The notes under the pieces were generated by a model. That model ran no database searches. It was not told the DNA's origin and saw only the letters and a program-made list of their open reading frames with translations. A program made the position numbers and the translations under genes. From an uncultured Solirubrobacterales bacterium (GTDB taxonomy: Bacteria > Actinomycetota > Thermoleophilia > Solirubrobacterales > Solirubrobacteraceae), in the NCBI GenBank assembly GCA_963705775.1, contig CAVPKT010000045.1, positions 4,506-68,505 of the forward strand: 64,000 nt of DNA, written 5' to 3'. The first letter of the stretch is position 1; every line of letters starts with the position of its first letter. Positions 51,636 to 63,230 of this stretch are shown in pieces.

Positions 51636-52213
51636 GGCTGTCGCTGCTCGAGCCACTCGATCAGCGCCCGCGCGGCCGCGCCACGATGGCTGATTGCATC
51701 CTTCTCGGGGTCGGAGAGCTCGGCCATCGTTCTACCGTCGACCAGAAACGCCGGGTCATATCCGAACCCGCCCGATCCCCGTGGGTGCTCGGCGAGCCGT
51801 CCACAGCTCTCGCCGAAGAACAGCTTTTCGAGGTCGCGCGCCGGGTCCACGTACGCCAGAGCGCACACGTAGCGAAGCCCGCTGCCGGTGGGTGCCTCGT
51901 CCAGGAGCTTGTCCAGATTCTCCTGATCGGTCGCGTGCTCACCCGCGTAGCGCGCCGAGCGAACGCCGGGCACGCCCCCGAGCGCGTCGGCCTCGATTCC
52001 CGAGTCATCCGCGATCGCGGCCCGGCCGGTCGCTTCCGCCGCCGCGCGCGCTTTCGGCATCGCGTTCTCGGCGAACGTGGCGCCGTCCTCCGGCGGCAGC
52101 TCGACTCCGTCGGGAAGGGCCTCCACCCCGATCCCGGCCGGTGCAAGGAGGCGCTCGAACTCCCTCAGCTTGTGCGGGTTGCGTGTCGCAAGTACCAGCG
52201 GTCGCACCGCCAC
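51632..52213 (-). CDS. rdgB: Non-canonical purine NTP pyrophosphatase (RdgB/HAM1)
   Basis: ATRNPHKLRE, ADDSG, PGVRSAR, GFGYDP, KDAISHR. Confidence 0.95.
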   Translation of the reverse strand: MAVRPLVLATRNPHKLREFERLLAPAGIGVEALPDGVELPPEDGATFAENAMPKARAAAEATGRAAIADDSGIEADALGGVPGVRSARYAGEHATDQENLDKLLDEAPTGSGLRYVCALAYVDPARDLEKLFFGESCGRLAEHPRGSGGFGYDPAFLVDGRTMAELSDPEKDAISHRGAAARALIEWLEQRQP

Positions 52214-52215
52214 CC

Positions 52216-52944
52216 CTACCCCGTTGGCGTGGCGACTGCCTCGTCCTGGAGCGCGCGCAGCGCGACGATCCCGTCTGCTGCGAGGGCCAGCAGCTCGTCC
52301 AGGTGGGCGCGGGAAAGGGGCGTGCGCTCGGCGGTCGCCTGGACCTCGATCAGACCGCCTTCGCCGGTCATCACCACGTTCGCGTCGACCTCAGCGACCG
52401 AGTCCTCGGAGTAGTCGAGGTCGAGCAGCGCGGCCCCGCCGACGACTCCGGATGAGACCGCGGCGACCGTCCCGGTCAGCGGCGATCGCTCGAGCTTGCC
52501 CTCCGCGACGAGGCGATCACACGCCAAACGAAGAGCGACCAGGCCGCCGGTGATCGAGGCGCAGCGAGTGCCCCCGTCCGCCTGCAGTACGTCGCAGTCC
52601 ACGTAGATCGTCCGCTCGCCGAGCGCATTGAAGTCGATGACGCCGCGCAGCGAGCGTCCGATCAGGCGCTGGATCTCGACCGTGCGCCCGTCGGCCCGGC
52701 CCTTGCTGATGTCCCGCTGCTTGCGATCGCCCGTGCTCGCCGGGAGCATCCCGTACTCCGCCGTCACCCACCCCCGGCCCGAGCCGAGCAGCCATCGCGG
52801 AACACTCTCCTGGGCGGAGGCGGTGCAGATAACTCGCGTCTCCCCCATCGAGATCAGCGCCGAGCCGGTGGCGGTGCGCACGAACCCGGGCTCGATCGTC
52901 GTCGGGCGAAGCTCGCCCGGCCCCCGGTCGTAGCTGCGGTTCAT
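52216..52944 (-). CDS. rph: Ribonuclease PH
   Basis: GWVTAEYGMLP, GRTVEIQRLIGRSLR, CDVLQADGGTRCASI, LDLDYSED. Confidence 0.97.
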   Translation of the reverse strand: MNRSYDRGPGELRPTTIEPGFVRTATGSALISMGETRVICTASAQESVPRWLLGSGRGWVTAEYGMLPASTGDRKQRDISKGRADGRTVEIQRLIGRSLRGVIDFNALGERTIYVDCDVLQADGGTRCASITGGLVALRLACDRLVAEGKLERSPLTGTVAAVSSGVVGGAALLDLDYSEDSVAEVDANVVMTGEGGLIEVQATAERTPLSRAHLDELLALAADGIVALRALQDEAVATPTG

Positions 52945-53771
52945 GCCGCGACCTTTTTGGTCAGCTCGACGTGGACGACGTCGCCAAGCGGCATCTGCAG
53001 GAACCGGGTCCCCAGGGCCTTGAACGATTCCACGTCCGCGGTGCACAAGAAGCGGTAATCCCCCTCGTCCGAGCGGGGGTTGAGCAGGTCCCCGGCCGCG
53101 AGCGCGCGCTCGACGCTCCGCGCCACACCCGCACCGGAGGTCACGAGCCCGACGCCGCGCCCGAGCATCCGCTGCAGCATCGGCGCGACCAGCGGGTAAT
53201 GGGTGCACCCGAGGATCACCGTGTCGACGTCGGCTGCCCTGAGCGGCGCGCAGTATTCACGGACCGTGTCGACCACGCGGCCGTCGAACGGGAACCCGCC
53301 CTGAATGATCGGCGCGAGATCGGGACACGCCACGCTCTCGACGTGGACGTGGGGATCGGCGGCTCGCACGGCGCTCTCGTACGCACGGCTCGCGACGGTT
53401 GCCGGGGTCGCCAGCAGCCCGATCCGTCCCGTCCTGCTTCCCGCGACCGCCAGCTGTGTCGCGGGCTTGACCACTCCGATCACGTCGATCTCGTCCCCGA
53501 TCTGCTGCTCCAGCACATCGAGCGCCGCAGAGCTTGCCGCGTTGCACGCGACCACCAGGAGCTTTGCGCCAAGCGCGAGCAGATGCTCGGCGATCTCGAG
53601 CGAGAAGGCACGGAGCTCCGCTTGGCTCCGATCGCCGTACGGGAAGCGCGCCGTGTCTCCGAGGTACAGGTAATCCTCCGTCGGGAGGGAGACCAGCAGC
53701 TCATGGAGCACCGTCAGGCCTCCGACCCCGGAATCGAACACGGCGACCGGCTGCTCGGCGCGGGTTGACAC
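52941..53771 (-). CDS. murI: Glutamate racemase
   Basis: FDSGVGGLTV, PYG, VACN, LGCTHYP. Confidence 0.96.
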   Translation of the reverse strand: MSTRAEQPVAVFDSGVGGLTVLHELLVSLPTEDYLYLGDTARFPYGDRSQAELRAFSLEIAEHLLALGAKLLVVACNAASSAALDVLEQQIGDEIDVIGVVKPATQLAVAGSRTGRIGLLATPATVASRAYESAVRAADPHVHVESVACPDLAPIIQGGFPFDGRVVDTVREYCAPLRAADVDTVILGCTHYPLVAPMLQRMLGRGVGLVTSGAGVARSVERALAAGDLLNPRSDEGDYRFLCTADVESFKALGTRFLQMPLGDVVHVELTKKVAA

Positions 53772-53874
53772 CTCGGGGATGGTGGCAGGTCAGCCCGCGC
53801 GAACGATGGCGATCTGCTTCGGGCCCTCCGAAGTGAATCGCCAAAGTTCGCCCGCACTACGCTCCTCGGGCCCG

Positions 53875-54799
53875 ATGCGCGCCCTGATCGTCACCAACAT
53901 GTACCCGACCGCGGAGCGTCCTGCGCTGGGAAGCTTCGTCCGCGATCAGGTCGAAGCGCTCCGGCGGATCACGGACGTGGACGTGGAGGTCTTCTCGTTC
54001 GATCCGGGGAGTGCCGGGGCCTACGCGCGGGCTGCGGCTGAGCTCCGGCACAGACGCGACGACCGCTTCGACATCGTGCACTCCCATTTCGGGCTCACCG
54101 CCTGGCCCGCGCTCGCCGCCCGGGGCAAGAAACGACTCGTGACGCTGCACGGAACGGACCTCGTCCACCCCCGCTCGCGCGCGATCACGCTCGCGGCGCT
54201 GCGGCTCTACGACCGGGTGGCCGTGGTGTCTCCCGCCCTCGCGGGAGAAGTTCCCAGCCTCGGGCCAGTAAAGGCGAGCCACTGGTGCTGCCGTGCGGCG
54301 TCGACACGCACCGCTTCCGGCAGATACCGCGCGCGGAGGCGCGGAGTGCGCTGGGGCTCGACCCCGCGGGCCGTACATCCTGTTCCCGGCTGATCCGGGC
54401 CGCCCCGAGAAGCGTTACGACCGTGCTCCGGCGAGGTGACCGGCGAAGTGCCGTTGCTCGCGCTCGGGAACGTCCCCCCGTCCGACGTGCCGCTGTGCGT
54501 AAATGCCGCCAACGCCGTGCTGGTTCCATCCGAGCGCGAGGGGTTTGGGCTCGGCGTCCTCGAGGCGCTCGCATGCGACGTCCCGGTCCTCGCGACGCCG
54601 GTCGGAATCGCACCCGGGGGCGCTCTCGGGGATCGACGGGACCTTCTGCGCACCGTTTGACCGGGACCGGTGGCGCGCCGCTCTAGAGCCGCACCTGGCA
54701 GAGCTCGATCCTCGCGTGCAGGGGCGCGCTCGCGCCGAGGAGTTCTCGAGCGATCGGATGGCCACTCGCGTCGTGGCCGCCTGGAGCGCGCTGGGGTGA
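53875..54799 (+). CDS. Glycosyltransferase family 4 (frameshifted)
   Basis: VTNMYP, DIVHSHFG, TLHGTD, PSEREGFGLGVLEALAC..PV. Confidence 0.85.
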
Positions 54800-54916
54800 G
54801 CCCTATACTCGGCCCGCCTGGAGGACGAATGAGCGGCCGGTGAGCATCGCCCGCCGCCGTCGCGCGTCAGCGAGCCGCCGCTCGGGCCGCCAGCCCAGAA
54901 CGGCGCGGCGCCGGTC

Positions 54917-55543
54917 ATGAACGGAGCGCCACCCGCCACGGAGGTCGTGGAGCCCCCGGCCCCTGTCCCAGTGCCGCCCCCACCGGTGCCACCGGCCCCC
55001 ACGCGGACCGAGTCCGCCAACGCCGACGCCCGACCCCACGCCACCGGCACCGGCACCGGCACCGCCCGAGCCGACGCCGCCCCCGCCTGCCCCGAGCCGG
55101 CGCCCGCGCCCGAGCCGCCCGCGCCAGCGGCCGCGCTCCTCAAGCCCGAGGCCGCCCTTCCCGCCACCTCTGAGCCGCCGACCTTCCTTTCGCGCGGTCG
55201 TATCCGGCGGCGCGCTCGCTACCTCCGCCGTCTGCGCGAGATCCAGCTCCGTGACATCGGGGGCTTCATGCTCGAGCTGCACCGCTTCGGCCCGCAGCGG
55301 CCGGACCTCGTCGAGGCGAAGCTCTTCGGCGCTGCGGAAACCGACCACGAGCTGCGTGCCCTCGAGCGGGCGCTCGGCGAGCCCGTCCCTGTGCGCGAGC
55401 TGCGCGAGGCAGGGATCGGTGGCGCCTGCTTGAAGTGCGGTGCGGTATACGGCAGCGGGGATCGCTTCTGCGGCTGGTGCGGGACTCCAGTCCACCATGC
55501 GGGAGAGCAGGACACGGCTAGTGACGAGCGCAGCGAGCCGTGA
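54917..55543 (+). CDS. Pro-rich hypothetical protein with C-terminal zinc ribbon (start uncertain)
   Basis: Pro/Ala repeats, helical core RRRARYLRRLREIQLRDIGG, CLKC-x10-CGWC. Confidence 0.75.
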   Translation: MNGAPPATEVVEPPAPVPVPPPPVPPAPTRTESANADARPHATGTGTGTARADAAPACPEPAPAPEPPAPAAALLKPEAALPATSEPPTFLSRGRIRRRARYLRRLREIQLRDIGGFMLELHRFGPQRPDLVEAKLFGAAETDHELRALERALGEPVPVRELREAGIGGACLKCGAVYGSGDRFCGWCGTPVHHAGEQDTASDERSEP

Positions 55544-55768
55544 GCGCGACCGCCGAGCAAACCGCGAACGACGCCCCCGCCGAGGCTCGAGCGGGCTTGT
55601 CCCGCCTGCGGGTCGGCCCTGGCCGACGATCAAGAGTGGCGTCTCGAGTGCGGCACCGCGACGACGATCATCCACTCGAGCCCCGACTGGTGGGTTCCCG
55701 TCATCGTGATCGCGATCGTGGTCGCCGCCGCGCTCGCGGGCTTCATCTACGCCCTCAGCAGCACCTAG
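55540..55768 (+). CDS. Small zinc-ribbon plus TM protein (frameshifted)
   Basis: GTGA overlap with the previous gene; CPACGSALADDQEW/LECG then PDWWVPVIVIAIVVAAALAGFIYALSST*. Confidence 0.55.
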
Positions 55769-56780
55769 AGCGACCACCACGGCTCGAGCCGGGCGCGCGC
55801 CTCACGCGCGAGCAACGCGACACCAGCCTCCGGCGCGCGGGGTGAACGCTCGTCGCCGAGGACCATCAGCGTCGCTGCGACCGACCGGGCCAGAGGACCG
55901 AGCGCATAACCACCTTCCAGCACCGCCCCGAGCGGCGCCTCCAGCTCTTCACACGCGGCCCGGATCGAAGCGGCCATTGACGCGAATCCAGCTTCGGTCA
56001 CGGCGCAGTTCGCCAGCGGATCGTCGCGATGCGCGTCGTACCCCGCGGAGATTAGGACGACCTGCGGTTGAAACGACCGTACGAGCGGGACCACCACGTG
56101 CTGCACCAGCGACTCGTACAGAGCGTCGTCCGCGCCCGGCGGTACCGGCAGGTTGACCGTGTACCCCTCTCCGGCGCCTGAGCCGACGTCCGAGGCCGGC
56201 CCCGTTCCCGGATACAGCGGCAACTGGTGGATCGAGACGTAGAGGACCGACGAGCTCGAGTGAAAGATGTCGTTCGTGCCGTTGCCGTGATGGACATCCC
56301 AGTCGAGGATCAGCACCCGCTCGAGCCCCCAGTCCGCGACCGCGTGGCGTGCGGCCACCGCCACGTTGTTGAACAGACAGAAACCCATCGCACGCGACGC
56401 GAGCGCGTGATGCCCGGGCGGCCGGTGACAGCTGAATCCGACCGGGGCCGACCCTCCGAGCAACAGATCGACGAGCTGGACCGCACCGCCGGCGGCGTGC
56501 AGGGCGGCGACGAACGACCCAGCACTCACCACAGTGTCGGGATCAACTTGGGCACCGCCCGCGGCTGCCACGGCTTCGATCGAGTCGATGACGGCTCGGG
56601 GTGAACCGCCGCCAGCACGCGGCGGTCGACCGCCTGGGACTCGACGCGCTCGAACCCCAGCCATCCCCGCTCGTCCAGCTCGCGCTCGATCGCCGTGATT
56701 CGTGCCGCCTGCTCCGGATGCCCGCCCGTGTCGTGGTCCAGCGACGATGGGTGCGCGAGGAACACGGGACCGTCGGGCAT
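55765..56780 (-). CDS. Histone deacetylase / acetylpolyamine amidohydrolase family (one frameshift)
   Basis: GHPE..RI, RPPGHHA, GFCLFNNVA, DWDVHHGNGT, SAGYDAHRDDPL, LEGGY. Confidence 0.95.
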
Positions 56781-56805
56781 CGGCCAGTACCGTACTCATC
56801 AGGAC

Positions 56806-58257
56806 GTGAGCGATCCCGATCGGACTCGGAGTGTGCGTGGTCGGTGCCGGCGCGGCGGGGCTCTACGCGGCCCTGTGCGCGGCCCGCGATGGCGCCGGCG
56901 TCACGCCGATCGGCCACCCCGCTCGCGGGGTCGTCCAGCTACTGGGCGCAGGGCGGCCTCGCCGCGGCGATCTCTGACACCGACAGCCCCGAGCTCCACC
57001 TCGAGGATACGATCAAGGCCGGCCGCGGGATGACGCGCCGGTCGGCCGCGGCGGTTCTGTGCGCCGATGCCCCGGCGGCCGTTGAGGACCTCGCCAGCCT
57101 CGGCGTGCGATTCGACGCCGACCGTCGCGGCCGGCTGGCGCTCGGGCTCGAAGGGGGGCACTCGGCGAGACGGATCGTGCATGCCGGCGGGGCGGCGACC
57201 GGGCGTCGCCTGATCAGACAGCTCTCCGCTCTGGTCGCCGAGGATGAGCGCATCGGGGTCCTCGAGGGCCGGCGCGTGACGGCGATCCTGACCTCGGAGG
57301 GGCGCGCGGCTGGAGTGAGCCTCCAGGGGGGCGCCAAGCTGGCGGCGGCCGCGGTGATCCTCGCGACCGGCGGTGCCGCTGCCCTGGGGCCCGCACGACC
57401 AACCCTGCGGGCGCCACCGGCGGCGGGTTGCTGCTCGCCCACGAGGCCGGCGCCGCGCTCGCCGACCTCGAGATGATGCAATTCCACCCGACCGCGGTGG
57501 CCGGGCCGAATGGTGCCAACGGGTTTCTGGTGACCGAGGCCGTCCGCGGCGAGGGAGCGCACCTGCTGGACGCGAACGGCTCCAGGTTCGTTGACGAGCT
57601 CGCTCCCCGCGACGAGGTGGCGCGGGCGGTCCAGCGGCAGATGACCGCGACCGGCGCTCAGTCCGTCGGTCTCGACATGCGCCACGTCGATCCGGCGCTG
57701 TTCCCGAACGTGGTGACGGCGCTGCGCCGGGCGGGATCGACCCCGAGCACGAGCTCGTTCCTGTGGCGCCCGCCGCCCACTACATGATGGGCGGGATCGC
57801 GACCGGCCTCGACGGGCGCTCGACCGTCCCTGGCCTCTACGCCGTGGGCGAGTGCTCTTGCACCGGTCTGCACGGGGCCAACAGGCTGGCTTCCAATTCG
57901 CTGACCGAGTGCTTCGTGTTCGGCGCGCGGGCAGCGCGGGCAGCCGCGGCCGAGCCCGCTCCCGATCCACTCCCCGCCGGCGAGGGCCTACTCCCGGACC
58001 CGCCGCCGTCGCTGTCACAGGCAAGCCGGGAGGCGCTCTGGCGGCACGCCGGGCTCGAGCGGGACCGCGCCGGGCTGCAGACGCTGTCGAGCGATCCTCA
58101 GCCGCTCGTGCGGCTGATCGGCGCGTCCGCGTTGACACGCGAAGAGAGCCGGGGGGCACACCTGCGCCGCGACTTTCCCGAGCTCGACCCGCGGCTCGAT
58201 GACCGCCATGTCGCAATCGGCAAGGAATCCGAGCCGACGTTCGAGCGCTGGGAATAG
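56806..58257 (+). CDS. nadB: L-aspartate oxidase (frameshifted)
   Basis: [73 protein letters not shown]. Confidence 0.9.
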
Positions 58258-58424
58258 CCGCCCGCTGCTGGACGCGCGAAAACCCCTTCAGGAGGCGTCC
58301 AACCGGAAACCTGCTTAACCGTCCAACTTAATAACTGCGGACTCCCGTGCTTCATACGCCGGGGGCATACTCGCCGGCGCACGAGGGATGCACCCGGCTG
58401 GAGAGCCGAAAGGAGACAGTCTGC

Positions 58425-58859
58425 ATGTACCGGTTCAGTCGAGCGATCTACCGGGAGATCGCCAGCGAGATCACAGAGGATCCGCACGGTCAAGGGATCT
58501 ACACCAATCACGAGCGCGTCCTGCGTGCGTGTGAGTCAGCCGTCGAGCGGCTGGCGACCGACCGCCATTACTTCGCCCATCCGGCCCGGACGCTGTTCTG
58601 CGACATCCGTGCTTACTTCCCCCTGAACTCGCAGGCCCGCCTGCTGCACATAATCGAGCGCTATCTCGACTTCGCGGACGAGTTCCTCCGCAGCCAGCCG
58701 AACAACGGCTACGACGTATACGGCAATCCGCTCCGCTGCCGGGCGAGCACCCGCAAGGGGACCCCCTGCCAGCGGATGCCCCTCGCGCACAACGGCTACT
58801 GCCCCTCGCACCAGCACCTGGCTGATACCGAGGAGCTCGAGCCGGCACTGGCTGCGTAA
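58425..58859 (+). CDS. Hypothetical protein with C-terminal C-x9-C-x10-C-x2-H putative zinc finger
   Basis: RBS AAGGAG before the ATG; CRASTRKGTPCQRMPLAHNGYCPSH. Confidence 0.8.
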   Translation: MYRFSRAIYREIASEITEDPHGQGIYTNHERVLRACESAVERLATDRHYFAHPARTLFCDIRAYFPLNSQARLLHIIERYLDFADEFLRSQPNNGYDVYGNPLRCRASTRKGTPCQRMPLAHNGYCPSHQHLADTEELEPALAA

Positions 58860-58888
58860 GCCCGCCTTCCGCATATAACGTCGGCCCC

Positions 58889-60874
58889 ATGCTTTTAGGG
58901 GTCGACGTCGGCGGCACCTTCACGGATGCGGTGCTGGCCTTCGACGGCCGGGTGGTGACGGCGAAGGCGCCGACCACTCCGAACGACCAGTCCGACGGCG
59001 TGATGGCCGCGGTCGAGGCCGTTCTCGAACGAGCGGGCTGCGAGCCCGACGCGATCGACGCCTTCGCCCACGGGATGACCGTCGCCACGAATGCTCTGCT
59101 CGAGGGCCGTACTGCGCGCACCGCGCTGATCGCGACCGAGGGATTCACCGACGTGATCGCATTGGGCCGCCAGAACCGCGCCCACCTTTACCGCTTGTGC
59201 GCTGCGCGTCCCGAACCGCTGGTGCCCGGCGAGCTGCGGTTCGGAGCGTCGGAGCGGATGACGCCCGAGGGCGCTCTCACCGCCCTAAACCCCGAGCAGG
59301 CGGGAGCGCTGGCCAGCCGGGTCGCGGGAACGGATGTGGAGGCGGTGGCGGTGGTCCTCCTGCACTCTTACCGCCACCCCGACCACGAGCTGATGCTCGC
59401 CGAGGCACTCCACGAGGCGGCCCCAGAACTGCACGTGTCGCTCTCCCACGAGGTCGTCGGCACGTTTCGGGAGTCGAACGCGCCGCTACGACCGAAGTCG
59501 ACGCCGCGCTTTCGCCGCTGCTGCGCCGCTACCTGCGACGCCTGGTCGAGCGCACGCGGGAATCCGGTATTCCTGAGCCCGCGGTGATGCAGTCGAACGG
59601 CGGCCTCATCGATGCCGCCGCCGCAGCGCGGCACGCTTCATGGACCGTGCTCTCGGGCCCCGCGGGGGGCGCCGCAGGAGCCGCTTTCGCAGCTGAGAGT
59701 CAGGGACCCGCAGCGCGCTGTGCTTCGACATGGGCGGTACCTCGTGCGATGTGTGCGTGGTCGACGACGGCGCGGTCCATGAACAGAGCGGGGGAGAAAT
59801 AGCGGGTCGGCCGCTGGCGCTGCCGATGCTCGCTGTCCACACGGTTGGCGCCGGGGGTGGGTCGATCGCGTGGCGCGATCCCGGCGGCGCGCTAGGGCCG
59901 GACCGCGCTCGGCGGGCGCCGATCCGGGCCCGGTTTGCTACGGCCGCGGCGGAACGGAGCCGACTGTCACGGACGCGAATCTCGTACTGGGCTATCTCTC
60001 CCCTCACAGCCCGCTCGCGGGCGGTGTGACGCTCGACCTCCAAGCAGCGCGCGAAGCGATCGCCCGGCTCGCCGCCGACCTCGACCTCGACCCACTCGAC
60101 TGCGCGGAGGGGATCATTCGCGTCGCCAACGCTGAGATGCTCCGAGCGCTGAGGGTCGTCACGGTGCAGCGGGGGATCGACCCGCGCGGCTTCGCCCTCC
60201 TCGCATTCGGCGGGGCCGGACCGCTCCACGCCGCCGCGATCGCGGACGAGCTCGAAATCAGCGAGATCCTCTGCCCCCGCGCATCCGGAGTGCTGGCCGC
60301 GCTCGGCTTGGCCGTCTCCCCACGTCGGAGGGACGTACAGCGCACCGTCCTGTTGACCGGCGATTCGCTGAGCGCCGCGGCCGTCTCACAGATCGTGTCC
60401 GAGCTGGCCGGCCGCGCCCGCGCTGCGCTCGGCGATCCCGAGGGGAGGATCGACGTCGTCTACCAGCTCCGGTACCGCGGCCAGGCGTTCGAGCTCGCCA
60501 TCGCCGCTGGCCCGGAGCCAACGACCGAGGACCTTCGCGCTCGCTTCGAGAGCGAGCACGCCGAGCGCTACGGCTACAGCGACGCCGAGCAGGAGCTCGA
60601 GCTGGTCACGATCCGAGTCAGCGCCTTCACGCCGGGCGCGGAGCTGCGGCTCGATCACGCCGACGCCCGCAAGCCGGTCGAACGAGACCGCCGGACGGCG
60701 ACGCTCCGGGGCAGGGAGGTCGAGTTCGCGGTGATCCGCGGCACCCCCTCTGCAGGCACCTCGATCGAGGGGCCGGCGATCGTCGAGCTGCCCGAGTCGA
60801 CGCTGCTCGTCCCCGGCTGGACCGGTCAAGTCGATCACACGGGCACGATCAAGCTGGAGCGCAGCGCGCGATGA
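58889..60874 (+). CDS. Hydantoinase A / 5-oxoprolinase ATP-binding subunit (frameshifted)
   Basis: [60 protein letters not shown]. Confidence 0.92.
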
Positions 60875-62349
60875 TCGACCCCGTCGAGCTCCAGGTGCTG
60901 ACCGGGGCCCTGCGTGCGATCTGCGAAGAGATGGGCGCGGTGCTGATCCGCTCGGCGCACTCGGCCAACATCAAGGAGCGCCGCGACGCCTCGACCGCGC
61001 TGTTCGACAGCCGTGGCGAGATGGTGATGCAGGCCGAGCACATCCCCGTGCACCTCGGCGCGATGCCCGCGGCCGTCGAGGCCGTGCTTGGCGAGGCACA
61101 CGCGCCCGAGCGGTCCTGGATCCTGAACGACCCTTACCGCGGCGGCACGCATCTACCGGACATCACAGTCATCACGCCGGTGTTCGCGGACGGCGAACTG
61201 ATCGGGTTCGCCGCCAACCGCGCGCACCACGCAGACGTCGGCGGACCCACCCCGGGATCGATGCCGGCGGACAGCCGCACGCTGTCCGAGGAGGGGGTGG
61301 TGATCGCGCCGCGCGTCCTCGACGAGGAAGCGATCGCTGAGCTGACGGCTCAGATGCGCCAGCCGTCACAGCGCCGGGCAGATCTCCGCGCGCAGCTGGC
61401 GGCGAACCGCGTCGGTGCGCAGCGCCTCATTGAGCTCCACGCCCGCGCCGGCCGCGACACCGTCCTCGCGGCGTTCGCCGAGGTACTCGACTACGCGGAG
61501 CGGCGCACGCGGGCTTGCCTGCTGGAGCTCGAGGACGGAACCCGAGCGGCAACGGACGTACTCGAGGCGCGCGAGGGGGATCTGGAAATCGCCGTCACCG
61601 CGACCGTCGCCGGTGACCGCCTCACGCTCGACTTCGGCGGAACCGCGCCGCAGCACGACGGCAACCTCAACTGCCCGCTCGCCGTCACGCGCTCGGCTTG
61701 CTACTTCGCGATCCGCGTCCTCACCGACCCGGACATCCCGCCCAGCGCGGGCGCGTACCGCCCGGTCGAGGTAGTCGCGCCTGAGGGCTGCCTTCTCAAC
61801 GCGCGGCCGCCGGCGGCCGTCGTCGGCGGCAACGTCGAGACGTCCTCGCGCGTGGCGGACGTGATCCTGGCCGCGTTCGGCCGGGCACTCGGCCAGGGCA
61901 CGATGAACAACCTCGTAATTGGCTCGGAGGACGTCGTGTACTACGAAACGATCGGGGGCGGGCAGGGCGCCTGCCCTGACGGGAACGGCCCGAGCGGCGT
62001 TCACGTGGCGATGAGCAACACCCTGAACACGCCGATCGAGGCGCTCGAGCTGGAGTTTCCCCTGCGGATGAACGAGTACTCGCTGCGACGCGGATCGGGC
62101 GGTGCCGGCCGCTACCACGGCGGCGACGGAGTCGTCCGCGAGCTCGAGGCGACAGCGCCGCTGACGTTTTCGTTATTGACCGAGCGTCGCCGCCACCCTC
62201 CGCCCGGTGCGGCCGGAGGCTCCGCCGGGGCACCCGGACGCAACCTGCTCGACGGAGCCGAGCTCCCGCCCAAGGCGGGCGGGCGCTTGGAGCCCGGCCA
62301 GCGGCTTCGGATCGAGTCGCCGGGCGGCGGCGGGTATGGTGCGCCGTGA
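60871..62349 (+). CDS. Hydantoinase B / 5-oxoprolinase subunit
   Basis: [59 protein letters not shown]. Confidence 0.95.
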   Translation: MIDPVELQVLTGALRAICEEMGAVLIRSAHSANIKERRDASTALFDSRGEMVMQAEHIPVHLGAMPAAVEAVLGEAHAPERSWILNDPYRGGTHLPDITVITPVFADGELIGFAANRAHHADVGGPTPGSMPADSRTLSEEGVVIAPRVLDEEAIAELTAQMRQPSQRRADLRAQLAANRVGAQRLIELHARAGRDTVLAAFAEVLDYAERRTRACLLELEDGTRAATDVLEAREGDLEIAVTATVAGDRLTLDFGGTAPQHDGNLNCPLAVTRSACYFAIRVLTDPDIPPSAGAYRPVEVVAPEGCLLNARPPAAVVGGNVETSSRVADVILAAFGRALGQGTMNNLVIGSEDVVYYETIGGGQGACPDGNGPSGVHVAMSNTLNTPIEALELEFPLRMNEYSLRRGSGGAGRYHGGDGVVRELEATAPLTFSLLTERRRHPPPGAAGGSAGAPGRNLLDGAELPPKAGGRLEPGQRLRIESPGGGGYGAP

Positions 62350-63230
62350 TGCGCGTCGCGTTCCTAGGCCTCGGGATCATGGGCTCGCGGATGGCCGCAA
62401 ACCTCGTGCGAGGCGGCTTCGAGGTGACCGTGTGGAATCGCACGCGGGCGACGGCCGAGCGGTTCTGCGCCGAGCATCGCGCCGAGCTCGCCTCCACGCC
62501 TGCGGAGGCCACCGCGGGAGCCGAGATCGCTGTCACGATGGTGGTCGACGGCGACCAGGTCGAGGCGGTGTTGCTGGGCAAGGGGGGTGTCGTCGAGCAG
62601 GCTCCCGAAGGCCTTCTGTGCGTCGACTGCTCGACGATCGGCCCCACCGCGGCGCGCTCGATCGCCACGCGTCTCGCCGACCGTGGGCTCTCGATGCTCG
62701 ACGCGCCAGTGACGGGTTCCTCGCCCCGGGCGCAGGACGGCACCTTGACGATCATGGCCGGAGGCTCAGAAGAGGATTTCGAGCGCGCGCGGCCGGTGCT
62801 CGAGGCGATGGGCAGCCTCGTCGTCCATGCCGGTCCGCTCGGCCACGGCCAGATCGTGAAGGTGATCAATAACGCCGTCGCGGCGACCAATGCAGCGGTC
62901 GTCGGCCAGGCGCTGCTCGTCGGCGCCCGGGCGGGGGTAGATCTCGACGCGCTCGTCGAGGTGATGGGCGCCGGCTCGGGCTCCTCGGCGATGCTCGAGC
63001 TGAAGGCCGAGCCGATGCGGCGCCACGACTACACGACGCTGTTCAAGCTCGAGCACATGCTCAAGGACGTAGGCCTGTGCCTGGAGGAGGGTCAAGCGGT
63101 TGGAGCGCCGTTCCCGTTCGCGGCCCTGACGCGCGAGATCTTGTCCGCGGCGGCTGGCCGCGGCCTGGGCGACGACGATTTCGCCGCCCTGATCGAGGTC
63201 CTCGAGGCGGACGCGGGGACGAAGCTCTAG
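62349..63230 (+). CDS. NAD(P)-dependent beta-hydroxyacid dehydrogenase (3-hydroxyisobutyrate/GarR family)
   Basis: FLGLGIMGSRMA, WNRT, DCSTI, DAPVTG, KVINN, KD. Confidence 0.93.
   Translation: MRVAFLGLGIMGSRMAANLVRGGFEVTVWNRTRATAERFCAEHRAELASTPAEATAGAEIAVTMVVDGDQVEAVLLGKGGVVEQAPEGLLCVDCSTIGPTAARSIATRLADRGLSMLDAPVTGSSPRAQDGTLTIMAGGSEEDFERARPVLEAMGSLVVHAGPLGHGQIVKVINNAVAATNAAVVGQALLVGARAGVDLDALVEVMGAGSGSSAMLELKAEPMRRHDYTTLFKLEHMLKDVGLCLEEGQAVGAPFPFAALTREILSAAAGRGLGDDDFAALIEVLEADAGTKL

Noticed and set aside
55030-55130. (CCGGCA)n short tandem repeat as a phase-variation site
   Set aside because: The 6-nt unit preserves frame and lies in a Pro/Ala-rich linker.
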